Positions 1 to 13,340 of a DNA stretch of 64,000 nucleotides are shown one piece after another. The position numbers and the translations under genes are program-made. The stretch comes from Eledone cirrhosa (taxonomy: Eukaryota), in contig OZ024760.1 in the NCBI GenBank assembly GCA_964016885.1, forward strand, positions 21,328,001 through 21,392,000. The letters are read 5' to 3'. Under the pieces are notes generated by a model. The model made no database searches, had not been told where the DNA came from, and saw only the letters and a program-made list of their open reading frames with translations. Position 1 is the stretch's first letter. Every line of letters begins with the position of its first letter.

Positions 1-1030
1 TTAATTAATAATTATTAATAATGGTATATCGTGCAATGGCCATACTCGATAACGAGGGGGCAGCCATCATATATATATGTATGTGTGTATGTATATATAT
101 ATAGATGCCAGTCCTACTCTCTGAGCGACAGTAGCTATAACCCGAAAAGAAGAAAAGATCAACATCATCGATAACTACTGAGCTGCAGGTTTTATATTGG
201 AGTTATCCCAGTTTCCTGAGTTGCCTTCTCCTAGAAGAATGCCCTGACAAAGGCTAGGAGTTCTTCACTCCCAGTGGTTTAACCGCACGATAGGGTGTCC
301 AGCCCGACTATTTCTATGTTCCCACGCATATACATACATATGTACTCCTGTATATACATATTTACACACTTTTGGATGGCCGTTGGCTCTTATGAGTTCT
401 TCCGCCCTTTGTCAGGTTTTGTTTTTTGTCCTGCAGGGTGTCCAAAATCACCCTCCTCACTAAGTAAGCTTGGTAGGGTTGCCGGTTTAGTTGTCGACTA
501 TGCGACATGTTGTACTGGGTTACATGTTACCAGTAACACTCAAGAGTGACCCGATATATATATGTATTTATATACTCTTTTATGTATATATATATATGTA
601 TGTCTTATAGTAGCTAAGATGCATCCATAGGCGGTATGCCGGTTGAGCACTCTATGCTCTTACGGAGCAGAGTATGATAGAATGGAAAACGAATAATCAG
701 TGGTGCATCGGAACTCAATTTATTACGTACTACAATTGTTTCCCCGGTGAACAGCTTGAGGTGCGATCTGTTGGTGGATCGAACCTGACTCTGGATTTGC
801 AAGCTCCTCAGGTACGTCTGTTGGTTTCAAAGCAGGTTCTAAAGAGGTGCCTACTGACTGTAGGTTTCGCTTTGTACATAGGCAAGGCGGCTCTTCTGTA
901 TTACTGCATAGCGCCAAAGATCTCAGTCCAGTGACATTGTCTTAGAGAGGTGTAAGTGTATAAGATCGGAATTTATCAAATCGTCCCAGGTTTTTCTGGG
1001 TCTACCTACTCCGTAACTTCCATCAATTTT

Positions 1031-1178
1031 GTGGCCGATGCTCAGGTGCAATAAGTAGCAAGTGCCCACAGGATACTAGCTCCTATTGCCCAGATGGTTC
1101 TATAGAAATAGTGGACACCTTCTGTTACCTGGGTGACAAAATCAGCAGTGGTGGAGGGTGCTCTGAAAGTACAGTAGT
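1031..1178 (+). mobile_element. RTE-like LINE reverse transcriptase fragment
   Basis: Translates to [23 protein letters not shown]; near-identical to the start of the longer copy at about 54507. Confidence 0.65.
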
Positions 1179-2159
1179 TTTCTGTATTACTGCGTAGCGC
1201 CAAAGATCAATGGAGTTATTAATAAGAATAGTTAAAATTATTGCATGCCATATTTCAAAGCTTTAGCATCATTCTTTCATAGTCTATGAACTTTTTATCT
1301 CACACTCGTGTATATATATATATATAGATATATGCACTCATGTATGCAGGCGGTTGTTGATAGGGTTGGGAGTGGCACCAAGACCTGTCTATAGTCAAAC
1401 TTAATATATCTTGTCTAACCATTTAGCAAAATAATTTCTGTGGGCCTCGCGTGGGAGGTGTAGCGCCCTGTTTCTCTCTTTGTGTGTGTGTGTGTGTGTG
1501 TGTGCATTTCTTGGTCTTCTCTTCTCCCTTTTCTCTCTCTCTAATTCATATTTCTCTCATTCCCCCTCATACCTACACACCCCCACAATTTAAGAACTAG
1601 TTTCACTCGTTTGGCCACTTCCACTCTGTGACAATATGAACAATAGCCATGAAACTATGTCAAGAATTTGCACTGTGACATATATATAGTTGCATATATG
1701 TGTGTGTGTATCCCATCCCCTCATGCATTTATTTTAATGTTTGTTTTAGTTCTTATATTAGTGTTTACCTTCAACATTCTACAAAGGTGGGCGGGAGTCT
1801 CTTTTCTTTCTTCAGCCCATTTCAATAATTGGTTAATAGTATCAGGGGAAGCGTGTGTGTGTGTGAAGTATAGAATTTGGTGTGGTGATGAGTGGGTGCA
1901 GGAGATATTAGGGAGATAGAAAAAAAAAAAGGTTTTCTGAACTTCCATTATCATCTGTTGTCTATCAAAAGTTTTATTCTCTGTAAAGGTATTTTGAAAG
2001 TATTGTGATAAGCTTTTATTTCCTGGTGGAGAACATCATCATCATCATCATCATCATCACCATCACTGTTTAACGTCCATTTTTCCACGCTGGCATGGGT
2101 TAGACGAGTTATCCCGTTGAGCAATGCTAGGTCAGGTGACCATGTCATGCTCATATATG

Positions 2160-2175
2160 GCTCTCTCTCTCTCTT

Positions 2176-2224
<49 letters not shown>

Positions 2225-2965
2225 CTGTATGACAGGAATTTTGCTGTCTGTTGTTTCCTTTTTGTTTTTTTATTTCCATTATAGGGAATCAATCTTTTCC
2301 AATTTTACCATTTCTGTTAACTCTCTCCTCTCTCTCTCTCTCTTGTGACAGGAATTTCTTATTTTACTGGGGGGGGGGGGGGGGGGTTATCATTTCTTTT
2401 CCAATCCTTCAGTTTCTGTTAACATTTTTCCTCCATTTCTCTCTCTCCAATGTGTCTGTGACAGGAGAAAAATCTTGTTGTCTTTCATATTGCCCAGCAC
2501 AAAAACCAAACTGTCCATTCTCCTCTCCTCTCATCTCTCTGACAGAAAAAAGTTGCTCTTGTTGTCTGTTATTGAGCACAAAATTAACCTTTCCATCTCT
2601 TTCTCAAATGTGTCTGTGACAGAAAAATGTTGCTGTTCTTCTTGACTGTTTTTTGCCCATCACAAAATCAACTCTCTCCAATGAGTCTGTGACACAGAAA
2701 AATCTTGTCCAGCACAAAACCAAACTTTCCCTTCTCTCTCTCCTGGTGGTCAGAGAAGAATGTTGTTATTGTTGTCTTTTGTCCATCACAGAACTAATCT
2801 TTCCATTCCATTTTCTATCCTTCTCTCTCTCTCTCTCCTGGATGGCTGTGAGAGGCAGAGAAGAATGTTGCTGTTGTCTGATTTGTCCATCACAGACCCA
2901 ACCTTGCCATGTTCTTTATCTTTTTACCTCTCCTATATGTAACTATCTCTCTCTCTCTCTCCTAA
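2160..2965. repeat. (CT)n-rich degenerate tandem array
   Basis: Recurring ctctctc...tgtgacag(g)a(a)aa...tgttg units interleaved with CT microsatellites. Confidence 0.55.
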
Positions 2966-3677
2966 ATATACATATATATATACCATATATATACTACACA
3001 TATACATACACAGGTATGTGTTCAATAGCCGTTTTCATACCAAAGCTGCCTAAAAGCCCCTGCTTCTATGATAGGGAGAAACCATTTGTTTTAAAATACT
3101 TATATTCAAAAACTTTACATCATAATTTTACAGAGGAGTTTTTAAGTTATATTACTAAATCCCTCAAAATTCTAGATTATTTTCAAACTGATAAATCATA
3201 GTTACCTTTTCATTGGGAAATATGTTAACAAAAGGGTTAAAGTGTTTGTATTTATCTAAAGACCTTCCATCACAATTTTACGGAATAGCCTTTGTTATGC
3301 TCCAAACACCAGCTAAGTAATGAGGAAGTTAGTTATATTACTAAGCCCTTCCAAATTCTTGAAAAGCAAAGGCAGTCTTTCATGAGAAATATGGTAACAA
3401 AAGTGTTCATATTTATGTAAAATCCTTCCATCATAAGTTTGAGAACTTTTATGTTCCAAACATCAGATAATGAGGAAGTTTTACTAAATCCCCCCAAATT
3501 CTTGATTATTTTCAAAATGATTTGAAAATTAGAGTTATTGTCTTTCATTAGAAATACTAGCAGAAAAACTACCCTTCAGCCGGTTTTCTGCTAGCATATG
3601 TAGTGTGCATATTGGTATTATACATAAATATATATGCATATAGATATATGTAAATTGAAAAGTAAATTCACAATATC

Positions 3678-4371
3678 TTCTTCATCGTCCACTTATTTCT
3701 GAGAGGGTCGTGGGGGGGCAGAGTCCTTCTCAAACACTCCTTCCAGCGAGTCTGTCAGAAGCAAACATCTCTAACTGATCCAGCTGGATAAAAAAGCATG
3801 ACCAGCCAAGCCAAGCTCATGGATGTTATCCAACTATCTTGCTCAGGGTCTACCTCTGGGTCTCTTGCCGGTTAGTTTTTGCCTGTAAAATGTGTCCAGC
3901 GACTCTTTACTGAGACATTCTAACCACATGCTCATAATATCGGAGTTGTGATCTTTCAATTCGGAGAAGTAGCTGCTCTACCAGGAGTGACTCTCTGCTC
4001 TTTGAGTTATGCACTTTAACGAGTAACGTTACTGCAAAGACACTTCGGAGGAATCCCATTTCTGCCGCTTTTATTTGCAATTGTATTCTTTTGGTCATTA
4101 CTCAAGATTCATGATCCTCGGTAAGAGTTGGCAGGAATACCAGGAAGACAGCGAGTTTGGTTTTTACGCCTACCCACCTTCATCTGATTGCTGAATGCTG
4201 AAGCTGGCGCATTGCTGCATCAGCTTTTATAATTCTTGCACTTAATTCAGCCTCCTGCATTCCATCACTCATGAACACAGCTCCAAGATATTTGAACTTC
4301 TCTAACTGCTTCAGTAGAACTCCATTCACATGTATATGAATTTGAGGGACTTCTGTCCACCTGTTCATCAC
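3678..4371 (-). mobile_element. 5'-truncated, frameshifted RTE-like LINE (RT C-terminus)
   Basis: Minus ORFs carry FKYLGAVFMSDG, ELSARIIKA, AAEMGFLR and IERSQLRYYEHVVRM, typical of the post-RT region of RTE-type LINEs. Confidence 0.8.
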
Positions 4372-4494
4372 ACAATGTGTGTGTGTTTATGTGAATGTAT
4401 GTGTGTAAGAGTTAGGAAAGGTATACACACAAGTGTCTTTAATTTAAGAACGCAGACAAACTCACGCGCGCACACATACACACACTGTCCTATT

Positions 4495-5120
4495 ACCACT
4501 TAAGAGCTTTGGCCTGGGCAAACATCCCCTCAATTTTGGAACCGTCTGGGTTGTCCAGAATTGATGGGAAAAGACTTGACAGTCTTACTCTGTGCTTCTG
4601 GTCAAGAGGCAGGTGCCTTACCTGGGACGTCACAGTTAGTGACTCTTTAGCTTCTTCCCACATTCTGGATGCAGCGGTAAGGGCGAGAGCTACAGGATCC
4701 GCAGCTGAAAGGAACAAAATCCTAAAATACGGTGTTCTGTCAGCTAACTACATTATCCAGCCTGTGGCGTTCGAGACGTTTGGGGGAGTCGGGCTACTGA
4801 CAGCGAGGTTCTTATTTTCACTGGCGGCTCGCCAAACAGAGGTAACTGGTGATGCTCATGAGGGCACTTGGTTGTTCCAGCACCTCAACCTTGCCATCAC
4901 TCCAGGTAGCGCTGCGAGTATGGTGGCTTGCCTCAAAAATTATTAGATGTTTCCCAGTGCTCCTCGCTATATTGCTATCTTTTGCTCTGGTAGCGGCTCG
5001 TTTTTATCCACTCTTTCGCCTGCATTTTGTTCTATGTGGTCTAAGATGTGTGTATTACATGCTTGTGTATCTTTTCTCTTTCTTTCTTTGAAAAGAAGTC
5101 AATTTTAAATAAGCAATAAA
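4495..5120 (+). mobile_element. 3' fragment of a CRE-like non-LTR retrotransposon (restriction-like endonuclease domain and 3'UTR)
   Basis: EPSGLSRIDGKRLD...W..G..LTWDVTVSD...AERNKILKY...PVAFETFG matches the PD-(D/E)xK endonuclease of CRE-type elements; AATAAA near 5115. Confidence 0.75.
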
Positions 5121-5183
5121 ATTATATTAAATTTAATCAAAAGTTACGAAATTTAGTACATAAATTATGTATTATTCATTCAT

Positions 5184-5365
5184 TTGGCAGTATCGGTAGA
5201 GGCGTTGGACGCCATGCTTTGACGCATAGAGTTACGGCCCTTGGCATTCTGAGTTCAAATCCCGCCGAGGTTAACTTTGCTTTTCATCCTTACGGGGTCG
5301 ATAAAATAAAGTACCAGTAATGTACTGGGTAATTACTGGCCTTGTGCCAAAAGTAGAAACAATTA
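5184..5365 (+). mobile_element. tRNA-derived SINE, family A
   Basis: A-box-like tggcagtatcgg, B-box gttcaaatcc and conserved body gactttgcctttcatccttacggggtcgataaaataaagtacc; many copies in the window. Confidence 0.75.
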
Positions 5366-6092
5366 TTTATTCAAAGTAATCCAACTTATTTTACTAACTG
5401 GATTAAAAGAAATAAACCATATGCAGTCCTGCACTCCTTACTTTATTATAGTATAGATGGTAAGAAAAGGGTTAAAGTTTTAATTGTCAAGGTGTCATTT
5501 TTGACATTCTCCTATAACCGATGCAACCTATAGGTGTGAGCTGTTATAAATTATACTAGATTTAATTAAATATTAACTGCATATCAAAGGGCAGAGGAAC
5601 TCAGGTGAGTCAATGGCCATTCAATAGTATGTAAAAAAATACAGGTAGACAGAGCTTCTTAGCTTTGGTTGGCAGTATGTCTAGGAGAAGAATCACTCTA
5701 TTTTCAAAATTGGGGTAGATGGGACTTCTTAGTCACTTAGGTGACAACTTTTCAAGTGACCAACGGCTTCATCCTTGCAATGACGACAGAGGTATGGCTC
5801 AGTAGCCAGGTTTCAGAGTAATAGTCAGATGAGGAGTCGGGACACACTGATGTCACTTTTTCCCCCCCAATGAGAATCATGGATATACAGATTGTCCATG
5901 GTCCCTCACCCTCAGCAGTGAGGGTGAGTAGAGACCATACTAGCATATACAAAAACCAAAATGTTTCAGACCTTAAAGTCTGGGTTTTCTCCAAGCATGT
6001 ATTGGAGTCATTTCAATCAAATCTTGGCCTGGAAATATTAGGGGCTCAATGTTTTCATATAAATATTTGAGCCTTAATATTTAGCTTGTGAA

Positions 6093-6430
6093 AGCACATG
6101 GCTTAGTGTTTAGAGTGTTGAACGCACTATGGTATGGCTGAGTTGGAATCATGGACCACGCAATGCATTGTGTTCTTGAGCAAAACTTTATTTCATGTTG
6201 CTCAAGTTTACTCAGCTGTAGAAATGAGTTGCAGTGTCATTGGTGCTAAGCTGTATCGACCTTAACCTTTCCCTTGGACAACATCGGTGTCATGGAGAGG
6301 AGAGACTGGTATGAATGGGTGACTGCTGGTCTTCCACAAAAACACCTTGCTTTGTTTTGTGCCATGGAGGGGAACTTTCTAGGTGCAAACCATGGTCATT
6401 CACAACCAAAGGGGGTCCTATCTTCCCATA
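6093..6430 (+). mobile_element. tRNA-derived CORE-like SINE, family B
   Basis: gcacatggcttagtg head and CORE-like cttgagcaa...ctcagctgtagaaatgag segment. Confidence 0.65.
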
Positions 6431-7246
6431 TTTAGTTTCTTATAGTGGCAATACTAATGCACATGGCCTAGTGGTTAGGGTGTTAGATTCACAAACATGG
6501 AGGCACATGGCTTAGTGGTTAGAGTATAGGTTTAAAAAGGTTGTTCAGTGTTAGAGATTTGACCAATGGTCTCTTGGCTATCAAACAAAGATCTTTTACT
6601 TGTACATAGAAATAGACATAAACAAAAATGTAGTTTTGAACCAATTAACAATGAAATTATGCACTTGAACCTCTTTTGAAATTTATATTTTGGTATTTTT
6701 GAAGTGGACATATGGTTTCATTATCATATTTCTAAGTAAAAATTCTGTCTATGATTTTCAAATTACTTTGAAGAATTTGAAGAGGTTTAAGCAATAATAA
6801 CTTTAATATTTATTTATTAAGCTGGTCTTTAGAACACACATTTTTACATAAAGTTGATAGGTTTTCAGAAAAGATATGAAATGGAAAAAATAAAATGATT
6901 TGAATTAAAACCCCCAGACCTCATTCACTTACAGAATGAGGTGGAACCCATCAAATTGGACTGAAGAAACAATGTTTCCATTGGTCTTTCCAATTGTTAA
7001 TACTATCTACTTACTGGTTGCAACTCCTGGTAGAAGGAACAACATGAAATAAAGTGTCTTACTCAAGGACATAACACAGCTCCCAGTCCAGGAATCAAAC
7101 TCACGGCCTCAAAATTGTGAATCCAAACTTTCTAACCACTAAACAATGCACCTTCACAAATATAAACACTTTAAATTAGAGATCATAGAATTTAATAGTA
7201 ATATAATTAATTTTCTCATTATTAAGTGGGCCTGACCGATCTCTTC

Positions 7247-8190
7247 TTTGCACCGGTTTCCGTTGAGACCTTTGGCGTCCTTGGTCCCCCCACATTACCA
7301 CAGAGGGAAGGAAGATAGTTAAATACCAGGGCCTGGCGACTGCTGCCTCTTTGCACCAGTCTCTATTGAGACCCCTGGGGTTCTTGGTCCCTCACATTAC
7401 CAGAGAGGGGAGGAAGATAGTTAAATACCAGGGCCTGGTGACTGCTGCCTCTTTGCACCGGTCTCTATTGAGACCCCTGGGGTCCTTGGTCCCTCACATT
7501 ACCACAGAGGGGAGGAAGATAGTTAAATACCAGGGCCTGGCGACTGCTGCCTCTTTGCACCGGTCTCTATTGAGACCCCTGGGGTCCTTGGTCCCTCACA
7601 TTACCACAGAGGGAAGGAAGATAGTTAAATACCAGGGCCTGGCGACTGCTGCCTCTTTGCACCGGTCTCTATTGAGACCCCTGGGGTCCTTCGTCCCTCA
7701 CATTATCACAGAGGGGAGGAAGATAGTTAAATACCAGGGCCTGGCGACTGCTGCCTCTTTGCACCGGTCTCTATTGAGACCCCTGGGGTCCTTGGTCCCC
7801 CACATTACCACAGAGGGGAGGAAGATAGTTAAATACCAGGGCCTGACGACTGCTGCCTCTTTGCACCGGTCTCTATTGAGACCCCTGGGGTCCTTGGTCC
7901 CTCACATTACCACAGAGGGGAGGAAGATAGTTAAATACCAGGGCCTGGCGACTGCTGCCTCTTTGCACCGGTCTCTATTGAGACCCCTGGGGTCCTTCGT
8001 CCCTCACATTATCACAGAGGGGAGGAAGATAGTTAAATACCAGGGCCTGGCGACTGCTGCCTCTTTGCACCGGTCTCTATTGAGACCCCTGGGGTCCTTG
8101 GTCCCCCACATTACCACAGAGGGGAGGAAGATAGTTAAATACCAGGGCCTGGCGACTGCTGCCTCTTTGCACCGGTCTCTATTGAGACCC
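7247..8190. repeat. 102-bp tandem repeat, about 9 highly similar copies
   Basis: Unit gcaccggtctctattgagacccctgggg...ctgcctcttt recurs every 102 nt and explains the 327-aa ORF. Confidence 0.95.
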
Positions 8191-8887
8191 TCTGGTGTCC
8201 ATGGTTCCCACACTACTGATTTCTGCTGTAAAATCAAGAGATGGGAACCCAGTGAGGTGGGGGTGATGTGCAGCGAGTGTCTCTGGCTATTCTTCGTGTT
8301 AAAACTTGCCTTTTTCTCCATGGGGCACAGCTGAGGCACTGCTCAGACTGGAGTGTAGTGACTATCCTTCTCCCTCTCCCTTTTGTTACTTGATCCTTTC
8401 CTTTTCTGTTTCCTTTAATATCATGTTTGTTTTTCTTAGATACTGCTCAATATGTACTTGTGCTTTACATTGATTAACCCTTTAGCATTTAAACCGGCTA
8501 TATCTGGCCATAATTATCTCACCTCTTTCTGTTCAAACCGGCCATAACCTACCACTCATACTGATGTTAAGATATTGTTCTCAAAATATCAAAATTTCAT
8601 AGATTCAAAGTTGTGATTGGAGTGTTTTAGATCAACATATAGATTTTAAAAGCAGTATTCTTCTATATTTGGAATTGTTGTAAGTAGGGGTCCCAATCAA
8701 AGTATAAACAAATCCCTAAAATTGGGCATGACATACAACCCCTTGTGATCCTCTCTAAAACCCATTACTGGTTCAAATAAAAATGTGTGCTATATTTATT
8801 GGCTTCATATTTCACTTACATTCTCTATAGTCCCCTCTCTCTCTCTGTCTATATATAAATATATATATATATATAATATAATCTCCC

Positions 8888-9110
8888 TTCCACCCACCCT
8901 AGTAAGCTAGGTGCGTTAGGGTATGTCTTCTCCATCCCACCCACCCTAGTAAGCTGGGTGTGTGAGGGTATGTCCTCATTCCCACCCACTCTAGTAAGCT
9001 GGGTGTGTTAGGGTATGTCTTCTCCCTCCCACCCACTCTAGTAAGCTGGGTGTGTGAGGGTATGTCCTCTCCCTCCCACCCACTCTAGTGAGCTGGGTGT
9101 GTTAGGGTGT
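8888..9110. repeat. About 47-bp minisatellite, about 5 copies
   Basis: cccacccactctagtaagctgggtgtgttagggtatgtc repeats at 45-47 nt spacing. Confidence 0.9.
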
Positions 9111-9244
9111 GTATGTCAGCAAGACCTAAACCAGTCAGTAAAAGTCATAAGTAAACTAATCTTATGTTTATTTATTTAAAAAAAAAACTATTTCTCCACC
9201 TGGCAACAGCTTTTGCTGCTGCATTACAATTATTATTAAGCACC

Positions 9245-9760
9245 AGAGGGCGGACGCTATGCTTTGACGCACAGTTATGGCCCTTGCCATTCTGAGTTTG
9301 AATCCCGCCGAGGTTAACTTTGCCTTTCATCCTTACGGGGTCGATAAAATAAAGTACCAGTAATACACTGAGTAATTGCTGGCCTTGTGCCAAAAGTAGA
9401 AACAATTATTATTAAACACCAGTAACACACACTGGCAGCGTTGGATGCCTTGCTTTGCAGAATAGAGTTACATCCCTTTAAGGTCTGAGTTCAAATTCCA
9501 TCAACTTTAGCTTTGCCTTTTGTCCTTACACGGTCGATAAAATAAAGCACCAGTAATACACTGGAGTTGATTTACTCAACTTTCCCCACTCCCCAAATTA
9601 GGGCGGTGGATTAGCAGTATCAGTAGACCATTGGATAACATGCTGTGCAACATAGTTATGACCCTTTAAGTTCTGAGTTCAAATCCCATTGAGGTCAGCT
9701 TTGCCTTTCATCCTTTCACTATTGATTAAAGTACCAGTCACATACTAGGGTTGATACATT
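9245..9760 (+). mobile_element. Cluster of three family-A SINE copies in tandem
   Basis: Three occurrences of ctgagtt(c/t)(a/g)aat...gcctt...cc...ataaa...gtaccag. Confidence 0.7.
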
Positions 9761-10105
9761 GTTTCCTTGGTCCAATTTGACAAGTTCCATCCCACTTTGC
9801 AAGTTAATGAGGTCTGGTATGTTACCAACTGAATTCTATGCTGTCTCTGCATTTACGTTTATGTCCCAAAACATGTTCGGCAAATAGAGATTTTGAGGGG
9901 TGCTGGAAGGCTCTTTATCTTGGTAAGTTTTATAAGCCATATTTGTACGTCTCTGATGCAGCCAGTGTGAATGCATTAGAATGAAGAAAACGAAAATAAA
10001 TAAAAGAAGCTTGTCAATGAATTCCCTAGAGAGATAAAAGAAATCAAAGAAAATGAAAATAAGGACAAGGCACATACAAACTTGTGTGTGTGTCTATCTA
10101 TGTGT

Positions 10106-10139
<34 letters not shown>

Positions 10140-10539
10140 AAAGGATACAGATATTATTTTCTCACTGTCACCAAGCATCTCAATTCATTCGTTGTTACTA
10201 AGTATTTTATGTTGCAAGGTAGTATTTTCCCCCTGAGTTTGTGATTTCAGAGAAAGGTAGGAAATTCTTCATATTTTGCATCTTTTGTATTTTGACTTTA
10301 CAGTTTGAAATGTAGAATTGTTTATCCAATCAAAATATTGCAACAGCTAACAGTGAAATATAGAATTTAAAAAAAAAGCTTTTTCGACTGAGGTCAAATA
10401 TGTGAGAACATTCATGTCTATTTTTCAAAAATATATAATTTGAAATAGTTTGCTTTTGTTTAGGACTGAAACTTTTTTGTAATTCAACTCGTACGAGTAT
10501 TTTTTAAAGATTCTAACATAACTTGATTTGGCCTAACAT

Positions 10540-11842
10540 AAACTTTGCATTGCGGCATTCATATTTCTCAACTTATTATAGCTAAGTTCGTTCAACAAGC
10601 TTCATTTATCAAAAATGCTCTCAATTACGTGAAGGAATTGAGGAAACTATATAGTACATCAGGGAAATTTAAGCATGCGTATTTATCACATGAAAAAAAA
10701 TGAAGTATCGTCCCCACGCTCCTTAAAACCTGAGTTTGGCACCAACATTGCATCCAGAGCTAATGTTATTATGTCTCACTCTCTGGGCCAATATGTTCTT
10801 GGATTGCATGTTGTAGTTCCATTACTTCAATTCCTTGAAGGATTGAACAAATCTTTTCAAAATACCACCGTCAATCTAGGTGGCATGTTGCATAGTGTCA
10901 AACTGGTGCAGGAGGAGCTAAAAAATCTACATGTTGAAGAAAAATTTCAGGAGCTGTTCAATATAGCAGAAAAAAGGATTTATCAACTTCATATTTCTCC
11001 TTTGGAGCTACCCAGGCAACAGATACCAGGAAGGAAATGCGTTAAAATATCAACACTGCACTGTTTGGGATTATTACAGAGTGCAGTATTTGCAGGTAGT
11101 AGATACTGCTATAGCAAATTTGAAAGATTATTTTTTTTCACAGGATTTAGCAGATTATGAAAAACTGAGCAATATTTTACTCAATGGAAATTTTTGTGCT
11201 GAAGTGATCATGCACTATCCAGAGCTTGATGAATTTTCTTTAAGGAACGAAATACTTTTTTATAGAACTCATCATAGTGGGTCATCTCTCGAGGATCATT
11301 GTAAAATATTCGGTGAAATGCAACCAGAAGTCTGTCGCATGTTTCTAAATGTTGAGCGATTGCTCAGGCTACTTTTAGTGTTTCCAACCAGTTCTTGTGA
11401 AGCTAAAAGATCTTTTAGCGCTCTGTGGAGACTCAAAACTTGGCTGCGATCGACCATGACTCAGCAAAGGTTGAATCATATTCTAATATGCCACGTTCAT
11501 AGAGATGTTTTGAAAAAGATTAGTTGTGAAGAAGTTGCTAAATTATTTATTGAGAGCAATGATGTGAGATATGATACATTTGGAAAGTTCTAAAAGACAA
11601 TAAATTTACTTTATATTTTTTTTTATTCAGGCGTCTGTTTTATTTTTTGTTTATTTGATATAATAAATACTTTTAAGCTTAATTTTTTTTATATCTGAAC
11701 TTCATTTGAATATATAAAATTTAATTAGCGAAAAATTTTACTTATGTGATAGGGTCCGGGAAAGGCACCATAAGCAATACTAACATGCTTCAACAAATGT
11801 TGGTTTGTCCCCCTCACATTTTTAAGGCAAACGAGGCCCCTG
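10540..11842 (+). mobile_element. Decayed hAT DNA transposon: frameshifted transposase C-terminus and probable right end
   Basis: Overlapping ORFs 10675-11160 and 11081-11593; hAT dimerisation motif PTSSCEAKRSFSALWRLKTWLRSTMTQQRLNHILICHVH; ends in ...gaggcccctg. Confidence 0.85.
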
Positions 11843-12711
11843 GAAAAGAGCAACATTATTCATGAATTGAATTCACTGACCTGTTCATTACCGTGTTCGG
11901 CTTGACCTCGATACTTCAGCTCATTCTTACTAACATTCGGTTTGCTTGACCCCATCTTCTCTTCATTGCATAACTAGGTTGTTGCTATTCCTATATAAAC
12001 GCTTGCTTATCAAAATAAACTGACTGTAGCTGTATAGTAGAATACATATATAAGCCAACCTCACCTCCCATTTTACCATCAATTTTTTTTCTTCTTTCTT
12101 CAATGTAGTGTTCCAGCATGGCCACTGTCAAATAACTGAAAGCAGTAAAAGTATAAAAAAATATATATTGCTGTTTTGAATGTCAGTGAGCCCCATGGTT
12201 GCATATAGTTTGTTAGTGAGTCATAAGTATTATTGAGCCTAACCAGTTCATTCTCTATTGTCTTCCTTTTACATTTGCCAACTGAACCATCAAGTTAATG
12301 AGCAAACATTTGCTTCGTTGCCTTTTCTCTATTAATATGTTCTCAATGAAGAGACATTGTCCTGGTCATGTCATTAATATAATGTTGTTGTAAAGGTGTA
12401 TATTTTCTTGTGAGAACAACCAAACAATGTGTTATAATTTTTGTTAAAAAAAATTAGCCTCCCACAAATATATATATGTTAGCAAAAGCGATTGCATGAT
12501 TAATCAAACTTTTTTATACTGAACTGCATGACACCGCCTTGGTTCTATAATACAAAATTATATATTTAAAGTGTTTATATTTATCTACAAACCTTCCATC
12601 ATAATTTTATATAAGGACCTTTATTAAAACCCATTTGATATCAAATTGCTTGAAACTGCTACTGGTTCTTAAACGATGATGATGATGAAAGCTATATATT
12701 TAATGTATTTG

Positions 12712-13010
12712 TGGAGGCACAAGGCCTAGTGTTAAGTGTGTGTTGGACCCATGATCATAACATCATGGGTTCAATTTCTTGACTAGGTTGTGTGTTGTGT
12801 TCTTGAACTGAACACTTCATTTTATGTTGCTCCAGTATACTCAGCTGAAAATGAGTACCCAGTAGCAATAGCTGGGGGGGGGGGGGGGTTAACTCTGCAA
12901 TGGGCTGGTGTCCTGTCCCGGTGGAGGGAGTCAAGTACTCTGTCACTTAATGCCATGGAAAACTGGGGTAAGCATCAGCCTGATGAGCTTCTGGGCTCAA
13001 TATAGACTTT
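12712..13010 (+). mobile_element. tRNA-derived CORE-like SINE with a different 3' region
   Basis: ggaggcacaaggcctagtg head, gggttcaatttc B-box and CORE-like segment. Confidence 0.65.
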
Positions 13011-13128
13011 AGACTTTTAAATATTTATCTACAAACCTTCCATCATAATTATATATAAGGACCTTTATTAAAACCACTTTGATATGAAACTGCCTGAAAC
13101 ATCTGGTTCTAGAATACAAAGCAGATAT

Positions 13129-13340
13129 TTAACCCTTTAGCATTTACATTACTCTATATATACTATTGTATTTTGAAGGTAACCCTTTATCTCGCATAAT
13201 ATCGAATCTATTGGGATTTTGATATTTATTTTGAGAACAATACCTTAACATAAGTATGAGCAACTGGTTACAGCTGGTTTAAACAGAAAGAGGTGAGAGA
13301 ATTCTGGCTGGATATGGCTGGTTTAAATGCTAAAGGGTTA
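13129..13340. mobile_element. TTAA-flanked piggyBac-like MITE
   Basis: ttaaccctttagcattta...taaatgctaaagggtta terminal inverted repeats. Confidence 0.75.

Noticed and set aside
10675-11593. ZMYM1-like host gene or domesticated transposase
   Set aside because: Frameshifted, lacks the N-terminal part and is followed by a transposon-like end, so it is treated as a decayed hAT element.
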